Source of the DNA: Candidatus Nomurabacteria bacterium
GTDB lineage: Bacteria > Patescibacteriota > Minisyncoccia > Phycocordibacterales > UBA918
Assembly: GCA_023898565.1 (NCBI GenBank)
Contig: CP060228.1
Location: 496,594 to 560,593, forward strand
DNA length: 64,000 nt
Direction: 5' to 3'
Shown here: piece after piece, positions 28,064 through 36,301 of the stretch
How the letters are laid out: each line of letters begins with the position of its first letter
Numbering within the stretch: the first letter of the stretch is position 1
Program-made: the position numbers and the translations under genes
Notes under the pieces: model-generated
Told to the model about the DNA's origin: nothing
Database searches by the model: none
Seen by the model: the letters and a program-made list of their open reading frames with translations, nothing else

Positions 28064-28085
28064 AAAACGGAGACGTGGCTGAGTG
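28064..28085 (+). repeat. Duplicate of the first roughly 20 nt of tRNA-Ser (plus 2-3 upstream nt), 118 nt upstream of the intact gene
   Basis: AAAAACGGAGACGTGGCTGAGTG at 28064-28085 versus AAATACGGAGACGTGGCTGAGTG at 28182-28203. No matching 3' acceptor strand follows, so it is not a tRNA. Confidence 0.6.
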
Positions 28086-28186
28086 CTCAATGAGTAAAGG
28101 AGTCGCAAGACGACTATTACGAATTAGTGTTTAATAGTCCAATGCTCTACAGGTAAAGAAAGAGCTTAGAAGAACAATACAAATAC

Positions 28187-28273
28187 GGAGACGTGGCTGA
28201 GTGGTCGAAAGCACCTCACTGCTAACGAGGCAGGGTCTAAAAGCCCTCGAAGGTTCGAATCCTTTCGTCTCCG
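28187..28273 (+). tRNA. tRNA-Ser (anticodon GCU)
   Basis: GGAGACG...CGTCTCC acceptor, anticodon loop CUGCUAA, long variable arm CAGGGTCTAAAAGCCCTCG and T-loop GGTTCGAATCC. Confidence 0.85.
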
Positions 28274-28384
28274 CACCGAATTTTTAGTATCGGCAAGACC
28301 CGTACGCCTTTATTTTGAGCCGTATTTTCATTGCCAAAGTTCGAATCCCATACCCTCTAAGCAGGTCAAACAATAACCTGCTCA

Positions 28385-28528
28385 TCATAAAGAGAGCAGG
28401 TTATCGAAGATGATAATTGCCGAGCTGACGACACACCCAAGTTGGAGTTACGGTTGTCATCCCAGTAGTTGTTGACGTTCAGACCATCGGAGTCGAAGTT
28501 GCCAACGTTGACGCGGTTGCCGTCTGCG
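28385..28528 (-). pseudogene. 3' remnant of a paralog of the 28897..29739 gene (C-terminal roughly 45 codons only; an upstream in-frame stop precedes it)
   Basis: 28419-28528 is about 80% identical over 110 nt to 28902-29010. The minus-frame translation ...ADGNRVNVGNFDSDGLNVNNYWDDNRNSNLGVSSARQ parallels ...ADGDRVFVGYFASAGLHVGDYWDDLRRSGLGVSSARE. Confidence 0.45.
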
Positions 28529-28896
28529 AACTTTGTCTGTTTCCGTCCGTATCACCAAGACTTGAGAGTCATCTATGTTGGAAACATAGCACTTCTTGTC
28601 TTTGTATTTTATGTAAGAGCACGAGTATTGAGATACTCGATCTCTATAGAAACAGACAAGGAATTATCTCTGTGTGATATACACTCTACATGCACCCAGT
28701 AGGTGCATGTACTCTGGTATAGACTTCAAACAAAGCACTTGTGAGATGAAACCAATAGTCGCACCTACACTAACAAGTACTTACAGTATACAAGAAAATG
28801 CCCCCAGCATGAAAGCCGGGGGCAAAATTTGCATCGAGCTGCTTCGCAACAAGATCAAAGATTCAAGAAGGTCAAGCCTTCAAGTAATCAAGGTTC

Positions 28897-29739
28897 TTAT
28901 TCCCGAGCCGACGACACACCCAAGCCGGAGCGACGGAGGTCATCCCAGTAGTCGCCGACGTGCAGACCAGCGGACGCGAAGTAGCCAACGAAGACGCGGT
29001 CGCCGTCTGCGTCAACCGAGGATGTCCTGACGTAAACGCCACGAAGCAGGTAGACGCCACGCACCTTGTAGTAGGCAGTAACGGCGTAGCTGACTTCGGG
29101 AGTGTTCGGAACACGCTCGTTTTCGGCTAGGAGCTTTTCCTGATCAGCCCACGTTTTGTTGCGGGAATCAGGATACGGCTCCTTACGGATTGCGAGCCAC
29201 ACGCCTGCCTTGACCACGTCCTCACGAGAGAACGTGTGTTGGCTCTCGGCATACCAACCCTCCGACTTGGAGTAGAACAGCTGGTTGTCGAGATCACGAA
29301 CCTGCAAGAGGTTCATGTCGGTCGGTGCTGTCGCCACGAGCATGTAGCCACTGGAGCGGAGCCACATCAGCTCTTCGAAATCGGGCAACGTATTGGCGAA
29401 ATTTGCCAGTTGCTCGTCGCTGTAGCTCCAGCCGTATGCCTTGGCCACATCTTCGGGAGACAGGTAGTCGTCACCGAGAATGAGGCGGGCGAGTTCTTCG
29501 CCATCGGGCAGGGTTGGGTTGATGGTTTCGCCGTTGTTGTTCACTTTCGGACAACCCATTTTGAGGTAGGCGGCCAGATTGCGACGAGCGGTTGTGTTGT
29601 CGATCGGCTTTTGCCAGTCGGCGAGGGTGACCCCTTCGTTTTCGAGAGTGCCAGTCAGCAAACCAAATTTTCTGAAAATTTTGGAAAGCGTGAGTTCTGT
29701 GGATGTCGATTTGGTCATCGGATACCACTCCTTCTTCAC
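28897..29739 (-). CDS. Hypothetical protein (GC-rich; the C-terminal GxYWDDxRxSxLGVSSAR motif is shared with the upstream remnant)
   Basis: 280-aa ORF. A hairpin (GCCCCCAGC...GCCGGGGGC) followed by a T-rich tract lies downstream on the minus strand. No family recognised. Confidence 0.45.
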   Translation of the reverse strand: MKKEWYPMTKSTSTELTLSKIFRKFGLLTGTLENEGVTLADWQKPIDNTTARRNLAAYLKMGCPKVNNNGETINPTLPDGEELARLILGDDYLSPEDVAKAYGWSYSDEQLANFANTLPDFEELMWLRSSGYMLVATAPTDMNLLQVRDLDNQLFYSKSEGWYAESQHTFSREDVVKAGVWLAIRKEPYPDSRNKTWADQEKLLAENERVPNTPEVSYAVTAYYKVRGVYLLRGVYVRTSSVDADGDRVFVGYFASAGLHVGDYWDDLRRSGLGVSSARE

Positions 29740-29775
29740 TAGAAATACCAGAACACCTGGTCATGGATCGCTCGG

Positions 29776-29831
29776 TAATGAGACGAACATTTTGCATATC
29801 AGTCATGACATACAAAATGTTCGTCTCATTA
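29776..29831. repeat. 19-bp perfect inverted repeat TAATGAGACGAACATTTTG / CAAAATGTTCGTCTCATTA with an 18-nt spacer that itself contains GTCATGAC
   Basis: Read directly; it sits between the 497-aa gene stop and the 280-aa gene start, at the GC/AT composition boundary. Confidence 0.6.
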
Positions 29832-29887
29832 AACCTTGAATGTGTAAAAGAACAAGTAATCTATGATAACACGGATTTAGGTAAAAG

Positions 29888-31381
29888 TCAATCTGAAGCA
29901 GTCGTCTTCCACTCAGTCAGTTTGCTTGCTTCTTCTTCAAACCGCTCTAAACTTTTAAACTGTTTTGGTTCTAAATTATGCAGTTCGATACCAGGATCAG
30001 GCAAGAATATCTGCAAGGGATATTTATCCCTGTTGTCATACACCATCTGATTGATATGGTCATCAAGATGACGAAAGCTGAAGTTGAGTAGCTCTACCGA
30101 TTTATCTATTTCAGCTAATTGAGCGTTGATTTTGTATGTCACATCAACCCCAATCATCTCTGACATCCGCTCTGCCACTTCCTTGAAAGCAAGGAGGTAT
30201 TGATAGTTCTCATAGACATGAGACTGATGGAGTAGGTAGTTAGGAAAAGCGAAAAGTATCAGGTCATCAACCTGCTTTTCATACTCAGTCACAAACGCTG
30301 ACTGTGACTTGGACTTCACTAAACTTTTGCCTGAGATGTACGACTTGTTGAGACTCACTTCAAAGAACCGAGTCGGACATTGTTCGGTCTGTATCTTTCC
30401 GTTTTTGATCAGCGTCTTTAGTTTTCGTTCACTTTTGTCTTTCGCCTTGATCCACAACTGCATCAGTTCGTTATGTGGTAGTTTCGTCTCACCTTCATAT
30501 GTTGTATGTCCAGTACAATGACACAGTGGTATGTACTCACTAAAGAATAAGCCGTCACGCACCGTATCACGCACTACCTGCTCCAGCTTGTATCGAAGAT
30601 CACTCAGCACACCAAGCTTGGTGCGTAGATCATCCTCATCTTCGTAGGTTATGTTGTCTCTTGATGCTAGTCGTTTGCCGAACTCAAGCATTGAGTAACC
30701 AGCAAAGTGGGTGTTAAACAACACTTGCTTAATACTAATTTTCGTATCATGCAACGACAGCTCGTGTCCCCACGGAATCTTTTCGATAATGATCTTGGTC
30801 AATGTGTGTACGTCTTCATCAGTTAGAGATTTTTTGCCGTGTACTATTCGAGCTAGTTGTTCTTCAGCTAGGAGGTAGCTATGGTCAGTATCAGCAATTG
30901 AATCAAGGAGTAAGATGTCTGACCGAATGTCTTTTGGTAATGAGTGTAGAGCTATGAGATGTGCTAGTCGGTCATATTCATACCCAGAGTATTGTAAGAA
31001 AAACTGATGCAGTTCTTCTCGCTGATCATCGGGAATAATCCGATCAAGATAATACTTCCATTGTCGCTCGTCGTTCTTTTTAAGATCAAATAAAGTCGCC
31101 GTATGTTCTAGGCGAGATAATGCCAGCATAGTGGTGAGGTAATTAGTTTGCATATCAAACTCCAGTCGCTGGAACATCTCCCAGAGATTGATGTATTGAT
31201 TGTATTTTTCCGCTTCACGATAGTCTTGTGGTTTCCAGTTTATGGTCAGTGCCACCATATCTGCTTCACTAATCAGCTCTTTGCCAGTCTTTTGGAAATG
31301 AGCATCATTGCGGATCACTAAAAGCACTCGCTCTTTCGGCGCTAGGTTTCCTTTGCGTAGCATTTTAGTGATGTCTTTCAT
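29888..31381 (-). CDS. Hypothetical 497-aa protein, last gene of the MTase operon (candidate effector or nuclease of an RM-like system)
   Basis: Long AT-rich ORF with a 3-nt gap to the upstream gene; contains the Cys/His cluster CHCTGH...C. No Walker A or confident nuclease motif was recognised by eye. Confidence 0.5.
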   Translation of the reverse strand: MKDITKMLRKGNLAPKERVLLVIRNDAHFQKTGKELISEADMVALTINWKPQDYREAEKYNQYINLWEMFQRLEFDMQTNYLTTMLALSRLEHTATLFDLKKNDERQWKYYLDRIIPDDQREELHQFFLQYSGYEYDRLAHLIALHSLPKDIRSDILLLDSIADTDHSYLLAEEQLARIVHGKKSLTDEDVHTLTKIIIEKIPWGHELSLHDTKISIKQVLFNTHFAGYSMLEFGKRLASRDNITYEDEDDLRTKLGVLSDLRYKLEQVVRDTVRDGLFFSEYIPLCHCTGHTTYEGETKLPHNELMQLWIKAKDKSERKLKTLIKNGKIQTEQCPTRFFEVSLNKSYISGKSLVKSKSQSAFVTEYEKQVDDLILFAFPNYLLHQSHVYENYQYLLAFKEVAERMSEMIGVDVTYKINAQLAEIDKSVELLNFSFRHLDDHINQMVYDNRDKYPLQIFLPDPGIELHNLEPKQFKSLERFEEEASKLTEWKTTASD

Positions 31382-31383
31382 AG

Positions 31384-31590
31384 TTATCTTCGTTCGCTTA
31401 AGAGTTGCTCCAATACGTCAATACGCTGTTTCAGTTCGAGATTGGAAATGTTCTTCGATAGAGCCAGTGCAAGTCGAGAAATGATCTGCGCTCGCTTGGG
31501 TGAAATTTTGCGAGCGGCCACCTGAAGCAAAGCCTCCGAGAGGATTTCATTAACTTCTTCTAGCGTGAGTGATTTCTTTATGTCGTTCAT
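31384..31590 (-). CDS. Hypothetical 68-aa helical protein
   Basis: Tightly packed (3-nt gaps) inside the operon; coiled-coil-like with a possible HTH. Confidence 0.35.
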   Translation of the reverse strand: MNDIKKSLTLEEVNEILSEALLQVAARKISPKRAQIISRLALALSKNISNLELKQRIDVLEQLLSERR

Positions 31591-31593
31591 ATT

Positions 31594-31986
31594 TTAATAA
31601 TTCTCAATTAGCTCAAACCACGTCTTCACTTCTTTGGACTTTCCGTGCTTGGTGACGTTCTTATATAAAGCCAACACGACATTTGGAGTGAGTTTCCTAG
31701 CCCAAGCACAGGTGTGTTCTACCAAGCCCTCTTCCTCGATAATTTTGTTCCAGTCGGTGAGCGTACCGAGGTCTTTGATGTCATACTGCGCCGCAAAATC
31801 TTTCTGGGTCTTAAGGCGAAGTAGATCAATGACAACTTCGTCTTCGATACCCATCTTGCGTATCACGGCTTCAGGCTGACCACGCAGAAAGGTCGGTAAC
31901 GATTTCCACGTTACGTAGGTGGCGAAGTCCTGCTTACGGTACACACCATCACTTTTCTTCGGTTGTTCATCGTGGGGTGTGCTCAT
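31594..31986 (-). CDS. Hypothetical 130-aa protein
   Basis: Overlaps the upstream MTase gene by 20 nt; no motif recognised. Confidence 0.4.
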   Translation of the reverse strand: MSTPHDEQPKKSDGVYRKQDFATYVTWKSLPTFLRGQPEAVIRKMGIEDEVVIDLLRLKTQKDFAAQYDIKDLGTLTDWNKIIEEEGLVEHTCAWARKLTPNVVLALYKNVTKHGKSKEVKTWFELIENY

Positions 31987-32743
31987 AATTCGTTACCAAT
32001 TTTCGTTTCTGACCAGTCAGTTTCTCAAGTCGCTTGAGTGCAATCTGTACATATTCAGCATCTTGTTCAATTCCAACACACCGTCGACCCAACTGTTCAC
32101 AAGCCAGAGCAGTACTCCCGCTACCCAAGAACCCATCAAATACCACGTCATCAATCTTCGTCACATTCCGAATTAGTTTACGAAGTAGCCCAATTGGTTT
32201 TTGGGTTGGGTGGAGTTTCGATTTTTGTGGTCGTGGGTGGTAGAGCGCACTTCGCATTTGTGAGGCTGGCTTCTTATGCTTGCCGTACCAGCCGTAGGCG
32301 ATGAGTTCTTGCTGGGGTAGATAGTCCATGCGACCCATGACTGGCTGGTTCTTCAGCCATACCAACATCTGACTGAAATGAAACTCAGCCGTGTATATGC
32401 CAGTGCGTAGTGACAAAAACATCGTGTCGCAGTTAAAGACATGGAAGGTGTTGTATGTATCAAGATGGGGCTTGATAGCACCAAGCCATGACTCGGTAAA
32501 GCGAGCGTATTCGTACTCACTTTGCAGATGGTCACCTTTGATATCTTTAGCGTTAGATACACCAAGCTCAGCTACTCCTTCTTTATTCTGAACGTACGCC
32601 ACACCATACGGCGGATCAGTCACAATCGCTTGTACTTTCTGTCCCTGCAGTACTTCAGATACAAAGGAAGCATTACAACTATCACCACAACCAATCAGAT
32701 GTGTGCCGACCAGGTAGATGTCTCCGTGTTGTACCTTTTTCAT
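31967..32743 (-). CDS. DNA methyltransferase, amino-MTase beta class (N6-adenine or N4-cytosine)
   Basis: Motif IV DPPYG near the N-terminus and motif I FDGFLGSGSTALAC near the C-terminus (the beta-class order). Confidence 0.85.
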   Translation of the reverse strand: MKKVQHGDIYLVGTHLIGCGDSCNASFVSEVLQGQKVQAIVTDPPYGVAYVQNKEGVAELGVSNAKDIKGDHLQSEYEYARFTESWLGAIKPHLDTYNTFHVFNCDTMFLSLRTGIYTAEFHFSQMLVWLKNQPVMGRMDYLPQQELIAYGWYGKHKKPASQMRSALYHPRPQKSKLHPTQKPIGLLRKLIRNVTKIDDVVFDGFLGSGSTALACEQLGRRCVGIEQDAEYVQIALKRLEKLTGQKRKLVTNYEHTPR

Positions 32744-34023
32744 ACGCGCTTGGCTGTTTGTTTGGTAAATTTCTCCCAGCGATCGATGATGGCACTGGCA
32801 AACACGGGATCAAGTTCGACGCCATACCACTTGCGATGCAATTGTTCGCAAGCGATAAGATCACTGCCACTGCCGCCAAAACCAGAGAACACTACGTGAC
32901 CAGGAGCGGTACAACGCTTGAGTGGTTTTTCACTTAAGCCAACCGGCTTCTGAGTCGGGTGCAAATACTCTTGCACGTTGTCCCGCTTCACAATCCAGAG
33001 GTCGATCATGTCGAGTAGCTCGTCATGAAGTTGGTTGCCGCTGGTTATTTTTTGATTAAGAATCTCGTTGGTGTTTTTGAGATTTTGATTTAGGTACGGC
33101 TTTCCACTTGTACCGTATACACACGGTTCATGTACTCGGTTAAAGGCAGTCTGCGGAGTTGGGTTTTGATTATTCTTCACCCACGAGCATAACCGCTTAA
33201 AAGTGATCTTGTGTTCCTTATACAGTGACTGAATATCACCAATGTATTTAGCATCACACCAGAAGAAATAGTGGGATTTGGGTAGAGCTATCTTGTGTGA
33301 GGTAGCAATACTGTTTGCAAGAAACTTTTGGTATTCAGCATCAGTCTTCGAGTCATCTTTAGCTGAGTACTTGCCTCCATAATTCTTGCCACTACCGATA
33401 CCTTTGTCATATGAGAGACCGATATTATAGGGCGGGTCTAGATAAATGAGGTGCGCTTTTGCTTCACCCATGAGTTTGGTAACCAGCTTTTCATTGGTAG
33501 AATCTCCGACCAAGAGGCGATGATCACCTAACTGCCAAATCTCTCCAAGCTTGGCTCGTGGCTCATCCATTTCTTCAATCGCTTTTTCAACATCATAGTC
33601 ATCTTCAGCGAGTTCGACATCATCGAAGAAACCTTGTAATTCTTCATCAGCAAATCCAACATCAAGTAAGACGTCGAGATCAAATGCTTTTAGCAATTCT
33701 TCATCCCACGAACCAGTGTTATGGTTCAAGCGAAGGTTTAACTCTCGCTCTTCTTCGAGCGTGAGTTCCCGAGAGGGAATCATACACTCGACTTCCTTGT
33801 ATCCAAGGTCAGCGTATATCTTTACTCGCTGTTCACCCCCGATCAGCACATCTGCTCGTGAGCCGATGTTTAGTACGACTGGTACAACTGCACCAAACTC
33901 CTCGATTGATTTTTGGAGATTGTGTCGTTCTTCTCCCTCCATCTTGCGTGGATTGTATCCATTGGGCGTGAGGTCTTGCACCTTACGCTTCGTGGATGAC
34001 CACGTTATCTTTTTTGACTTCAT
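32740..34023 (-). CDS. ParB-like nuclease domain fused to a DNA methyltransferase (beta-class amino-MTase)
   Basis: N-terminal ParB/Srx-like LTPNGYNPRKM...VLIGGEQRV, then DPPYN (motif IV) and C-terminal FSGFGGSGSDLIAC (motif I). Overlaps the downstream MTase by 4 nt. Confidence 0.85.
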   Translation of the reverse strand: MKSKKITWSSTKRKVQDLTPNGYNPRKMEGEERHNLQKSIEEFGAVVPVVLNIGSRADVLIGGEQRVKIYADLGYKEVECMIPSRELTLEEERELNLRLNHNTGSWDEELLKAFDLDVLLDVGFADEELQGFFDDVELAEDDYDVEKAIEEMDEPRAKLGEIWQLGDHRLLVGDSTNEKLVTKLMGEAKAHLIYLDPPYNIGLSYDKGIGSGKNYGGKYSAKDDSKTDAEYQKFLANSIATSHKIALPKSHYFFWCDAKYIGDIQSLYKEHKITFKRLCSWVKNNQNPTPQTAFNRVHEPCVYGTSGKPYLNQNLKNTNEILNQKITSGNQLHDELLDMIDLWIVKRDNVQEYLHPTQKPVGLSEKPLKRCTAPGHVVFSGFGGSGSDLIACEQLHRKWYGVELDPVFASAIIDRWEKFTKQTAKRV

Positions 34024-34185
34024 ACATAATGTTGCTTAGGCACACTGTTCGTGTGTTATGTATGATTATCGAAGGAATCAGAGCTTTAAAATAGGTCGAG
34101 CAAATCCGAGCAAACGCAAAAAACGCCTTGTGTTACCAAGACGTTTTTTGTTAATCCACAGACTTGTTTACGCTGGTTTGCTCAG

Positions 34186-35340
34186 CTACAGGTTATTTCT
34201 AAAAGTGATGTAGTCGTCAGTGGCTTCGAGCACCATCTCTCTAGTGTCGGGTCGCAGATTATCGACCCCATTATCCTTTAAGAAGTTATGAAATGACTTA
34301 GCACTCTTGCCGACATTAGATCGATACTTGTCAGATGATCGTTCGTCAGGCGGTAGTAGCTCTTTGAACTTTTTAATTGATATCTTCTCTTGATTTGCTG
34401 GCATGTACTTGAGAATGTTTTTAAACAGTTTGATGTACATTGGGTCACCTTCGCCTCGTAGTTTGTATGTGAGTTTTTCTGATTTGCTGTGATGATAAAT
34501 GTTGCCATCCTTAAGATAAAAGATACTGTTCGCAACAGTCTCTTTGGTGTCATCCTCGTCATTATTCATAATGATTGAGTTGTGAATGCGCTCCAAATCA
34601 CTATGGAATCGTCGACGACCAAAGTAATCACTAGATCGAATATCGCCTGACATGAGTTTTGCGTATTCCTTATGCCGACTATTCTCAAGTAATTTACCCA
34701 TAAAATTTTTCGTCGTTGCATCGAAACTGATACTGTTATTGCTGAAATAGATCATTTCTTGATACCCCTCTGTTAAACGAGTGAGTGCTCCAGCATAGTC
34801 ACTGATATCTTGACGCATGAAGACTTCCTCAGCTCCCAGGTACGCTTTTATATTTTTCGTTACGGTAATTTTCTTATCGCTTAGTTGGTTTGTCGATTCT
34901 ATCTTTTGATCAAGAAATTCATTAGCCTCATCATAATATTCTAGTTCGATCAGCCTTCTTACAAAATCAAAGATCTCACTTTGCATCGTATCAAAACGAT
35001 TACCGCCAATGACTGTGGTAGAGCCATCTAGTAAACTATCAAGATCTTCTATGCTCGATGCAATTACAGGATCTTCCTTAACATCTAGTTTGTCTGCAAT
35101 CTTGTTGAACTTACTTTGAATTTTGATGATTTCTTTCAGTAGCTCATCCCGTTGTTTTTCTAAGGTTTCCAGCCTTTGCTTGCGTGCAATGATATCGGTA
35201 CCTAAGTGGAGAAGTAGGTCTGTGCCATGTTCAGCTAAAAAGCCAATATAGTCCTGAAAAGCAATCACGAAACTCCGATCTAAAACCTTACTGTATAGAG
35301 TGTCGAACAGTAGTTTCTCCTTATTTAACAAGCTATTCAT
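34186..35340 (-). CDS. Hypothetical 384-aa protein (AT-rich; its own transcription unit)
   Basis: Long ORF followed by an A/T-flanked hairpin at about 34118-34150 on the minus strand; no motif recognised. Confidence 0.45.
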   Translation of the reverse strand: MNSLLNKEKLLFDTLYSKVLDRSFVIAFQDYIGFLAEHGTDLLLHLGTDIIARKQRLETLEKQRDELLKEIIKIQSKFNKIADKLDVKEDPVIASSIEDLDSLLDGSTTVIGGNRFDTMQSEIFDFVRRLIELEYYDEANEFLDQKIESTNQLSDKKITVTKNIKAYLGAEEVFMRQDISDYAGALTRLTEGYQEMIYFSNNSISFDATTKNFMGKLLENSRHKEYAKLMSGDIRSSDYFGRRRFHSDLERIHNSIIMNNDEDDTKETVANSIFYLKDGNIYHHSKSEKLTYKLRGEGDPMYIKLFKNILKYMPANQEKISIKKFKELLPPDERSSDKYRSNVGKSAKSFHNFLKDNGVDNLRPDTREMVLEATDDYITFRNNL

Positions 35341-35532
35341 AAAGAGATGATAGCATTTTTCAGTATTCTAATGTGAAAAGCGAAAGTGCTCTATAATTGG
35401 CATTGTTTGGCATTTGGAGACCCCGACCCGTAGACATCAGAAAATCTGACGACCAGTCGCTAAAATACCCTTATGGGGTCTACAGCGTGGGGTACTTAAC
35501 CCGAGTGGCCCGCCGTTTAGAGCTGGCACGAA

Positions 35533-36207
35533 GTGCTTATGTTGAAGAAATTTTGGGAACAAAACAAACATCAACTCCAGTTAGTTGGAATACTTATTGG
35601 TGTGGGAGCACTTTTTCTTTCGATACCAATTCCTGAGATTGAGGAGGCTGCAGAGGCATTGAAAAAGATTCAACTAATTTGGCTACTGATAGTAACAATT
35701 TCAACAGGGTTACTATTTGTAAACTTGCATAAGTTATCAAGACTCTACGAAATTGATAGTACGAAGGATAAGGATAGTTTTAATTTTGATGAAACAATAT
35801 CAATTGTAATTGGACTAACAATTGCATATTTCATTAGTAATATGTGGATATATGCCTATTCACTATATCGGGAAGTAATTTTTGATTTCATTGAAACTGT
35901 ACAATTTGGAATCACTGCATTTTTAGTGGCAGTCACATACCACTGTTGGAGAAAAATAGTTCTAAAGTTTGAAAATCACAATCCGAAACTTAGAGTCTGT
36001 ATAGCAATTACAGGTCACGCTATTAATGCGTTGCTACTCGGTGCTTGGCTACATGTTTCAATTAATAGTTGGGAATTCGTTTTGAATGAATGGCTGTATT
36101 GGTCAGTTGGAACTTTTGTGGTCATGATGGCCATGGGTTTGATGATTGATTGGAAAAGAAAAAGCGAAAGCGCTCGAGACACTATCGAACCTGAAACTGA
36201 AAAGTAG
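35533..36207 (+). CDS. Hypothetical integral membrane protein (about 6 TM)
   Basis: Multiple hydrophobic helices; AT-rich. Confidence 0.45.
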   Translation: MLMLKKFWEQNKHQLQLVGILIGVGALFLSIPIPEIEEAAEALKKIQLIWLLIVTISTGLLFVNLHKLSRLYEIDSTKDKDSFNFDETISIVIGLTIAYFISNMWIYAYSLYREVIFDFIETVQFGITAFLVAVTYHCWRKIVLKFENHNPKLRVCIAITGHAINALLLGAWLHVSINSWEFVLNEWLYWSVGTFVVMMAMGLMIDWKRKSESARDTIEPETEK

Positions 36208-36301
36208 TTAATCGGTCAAGCAGGGCTCGGTACCATACGGTTCTTGCTCGAGACCAACACGAGACAGATGTCTCGTGCTGGTTTTGCGTTATAATTACAC
36301 T

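Noticed and set aside
28086-28186. Possibility that the duplicated tRNA-Ser 5' fragment starts a second (intron-containing) tRNA
   Set aside because: No complementary 3' acceptor strand (CGTCTCC) and no T-arm occur before the authentic tRNA-Ser begins.
28336-28348. AAAGTTCGAATCC resembling the tRNA-Ser T-loop about 60 nt downstream of the gene (possible att remnant)
   Set aside because: Only about 12 nt are similar, with no adjacent acceptor-stem match; too short to call an attachment-site duplicate.
28674-29030. 118-aa plus-strand ORF across the AT-rich spacer and repeat
   Set aside because: It runs antisense through the 3' end of the 280-aa gene and through an intergenic hairpin region; the minus-strand gene is better supported.
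29888-31381. 497-aa protein as a phage large terminase, given the neighbouring small proteins and MTases
   Set aside because: No Walker A (GxxxxGK[ST]) or terminase nuclease motifs are visible. Without these I did not call it a terminase. It is left as an unknown candidate effector.
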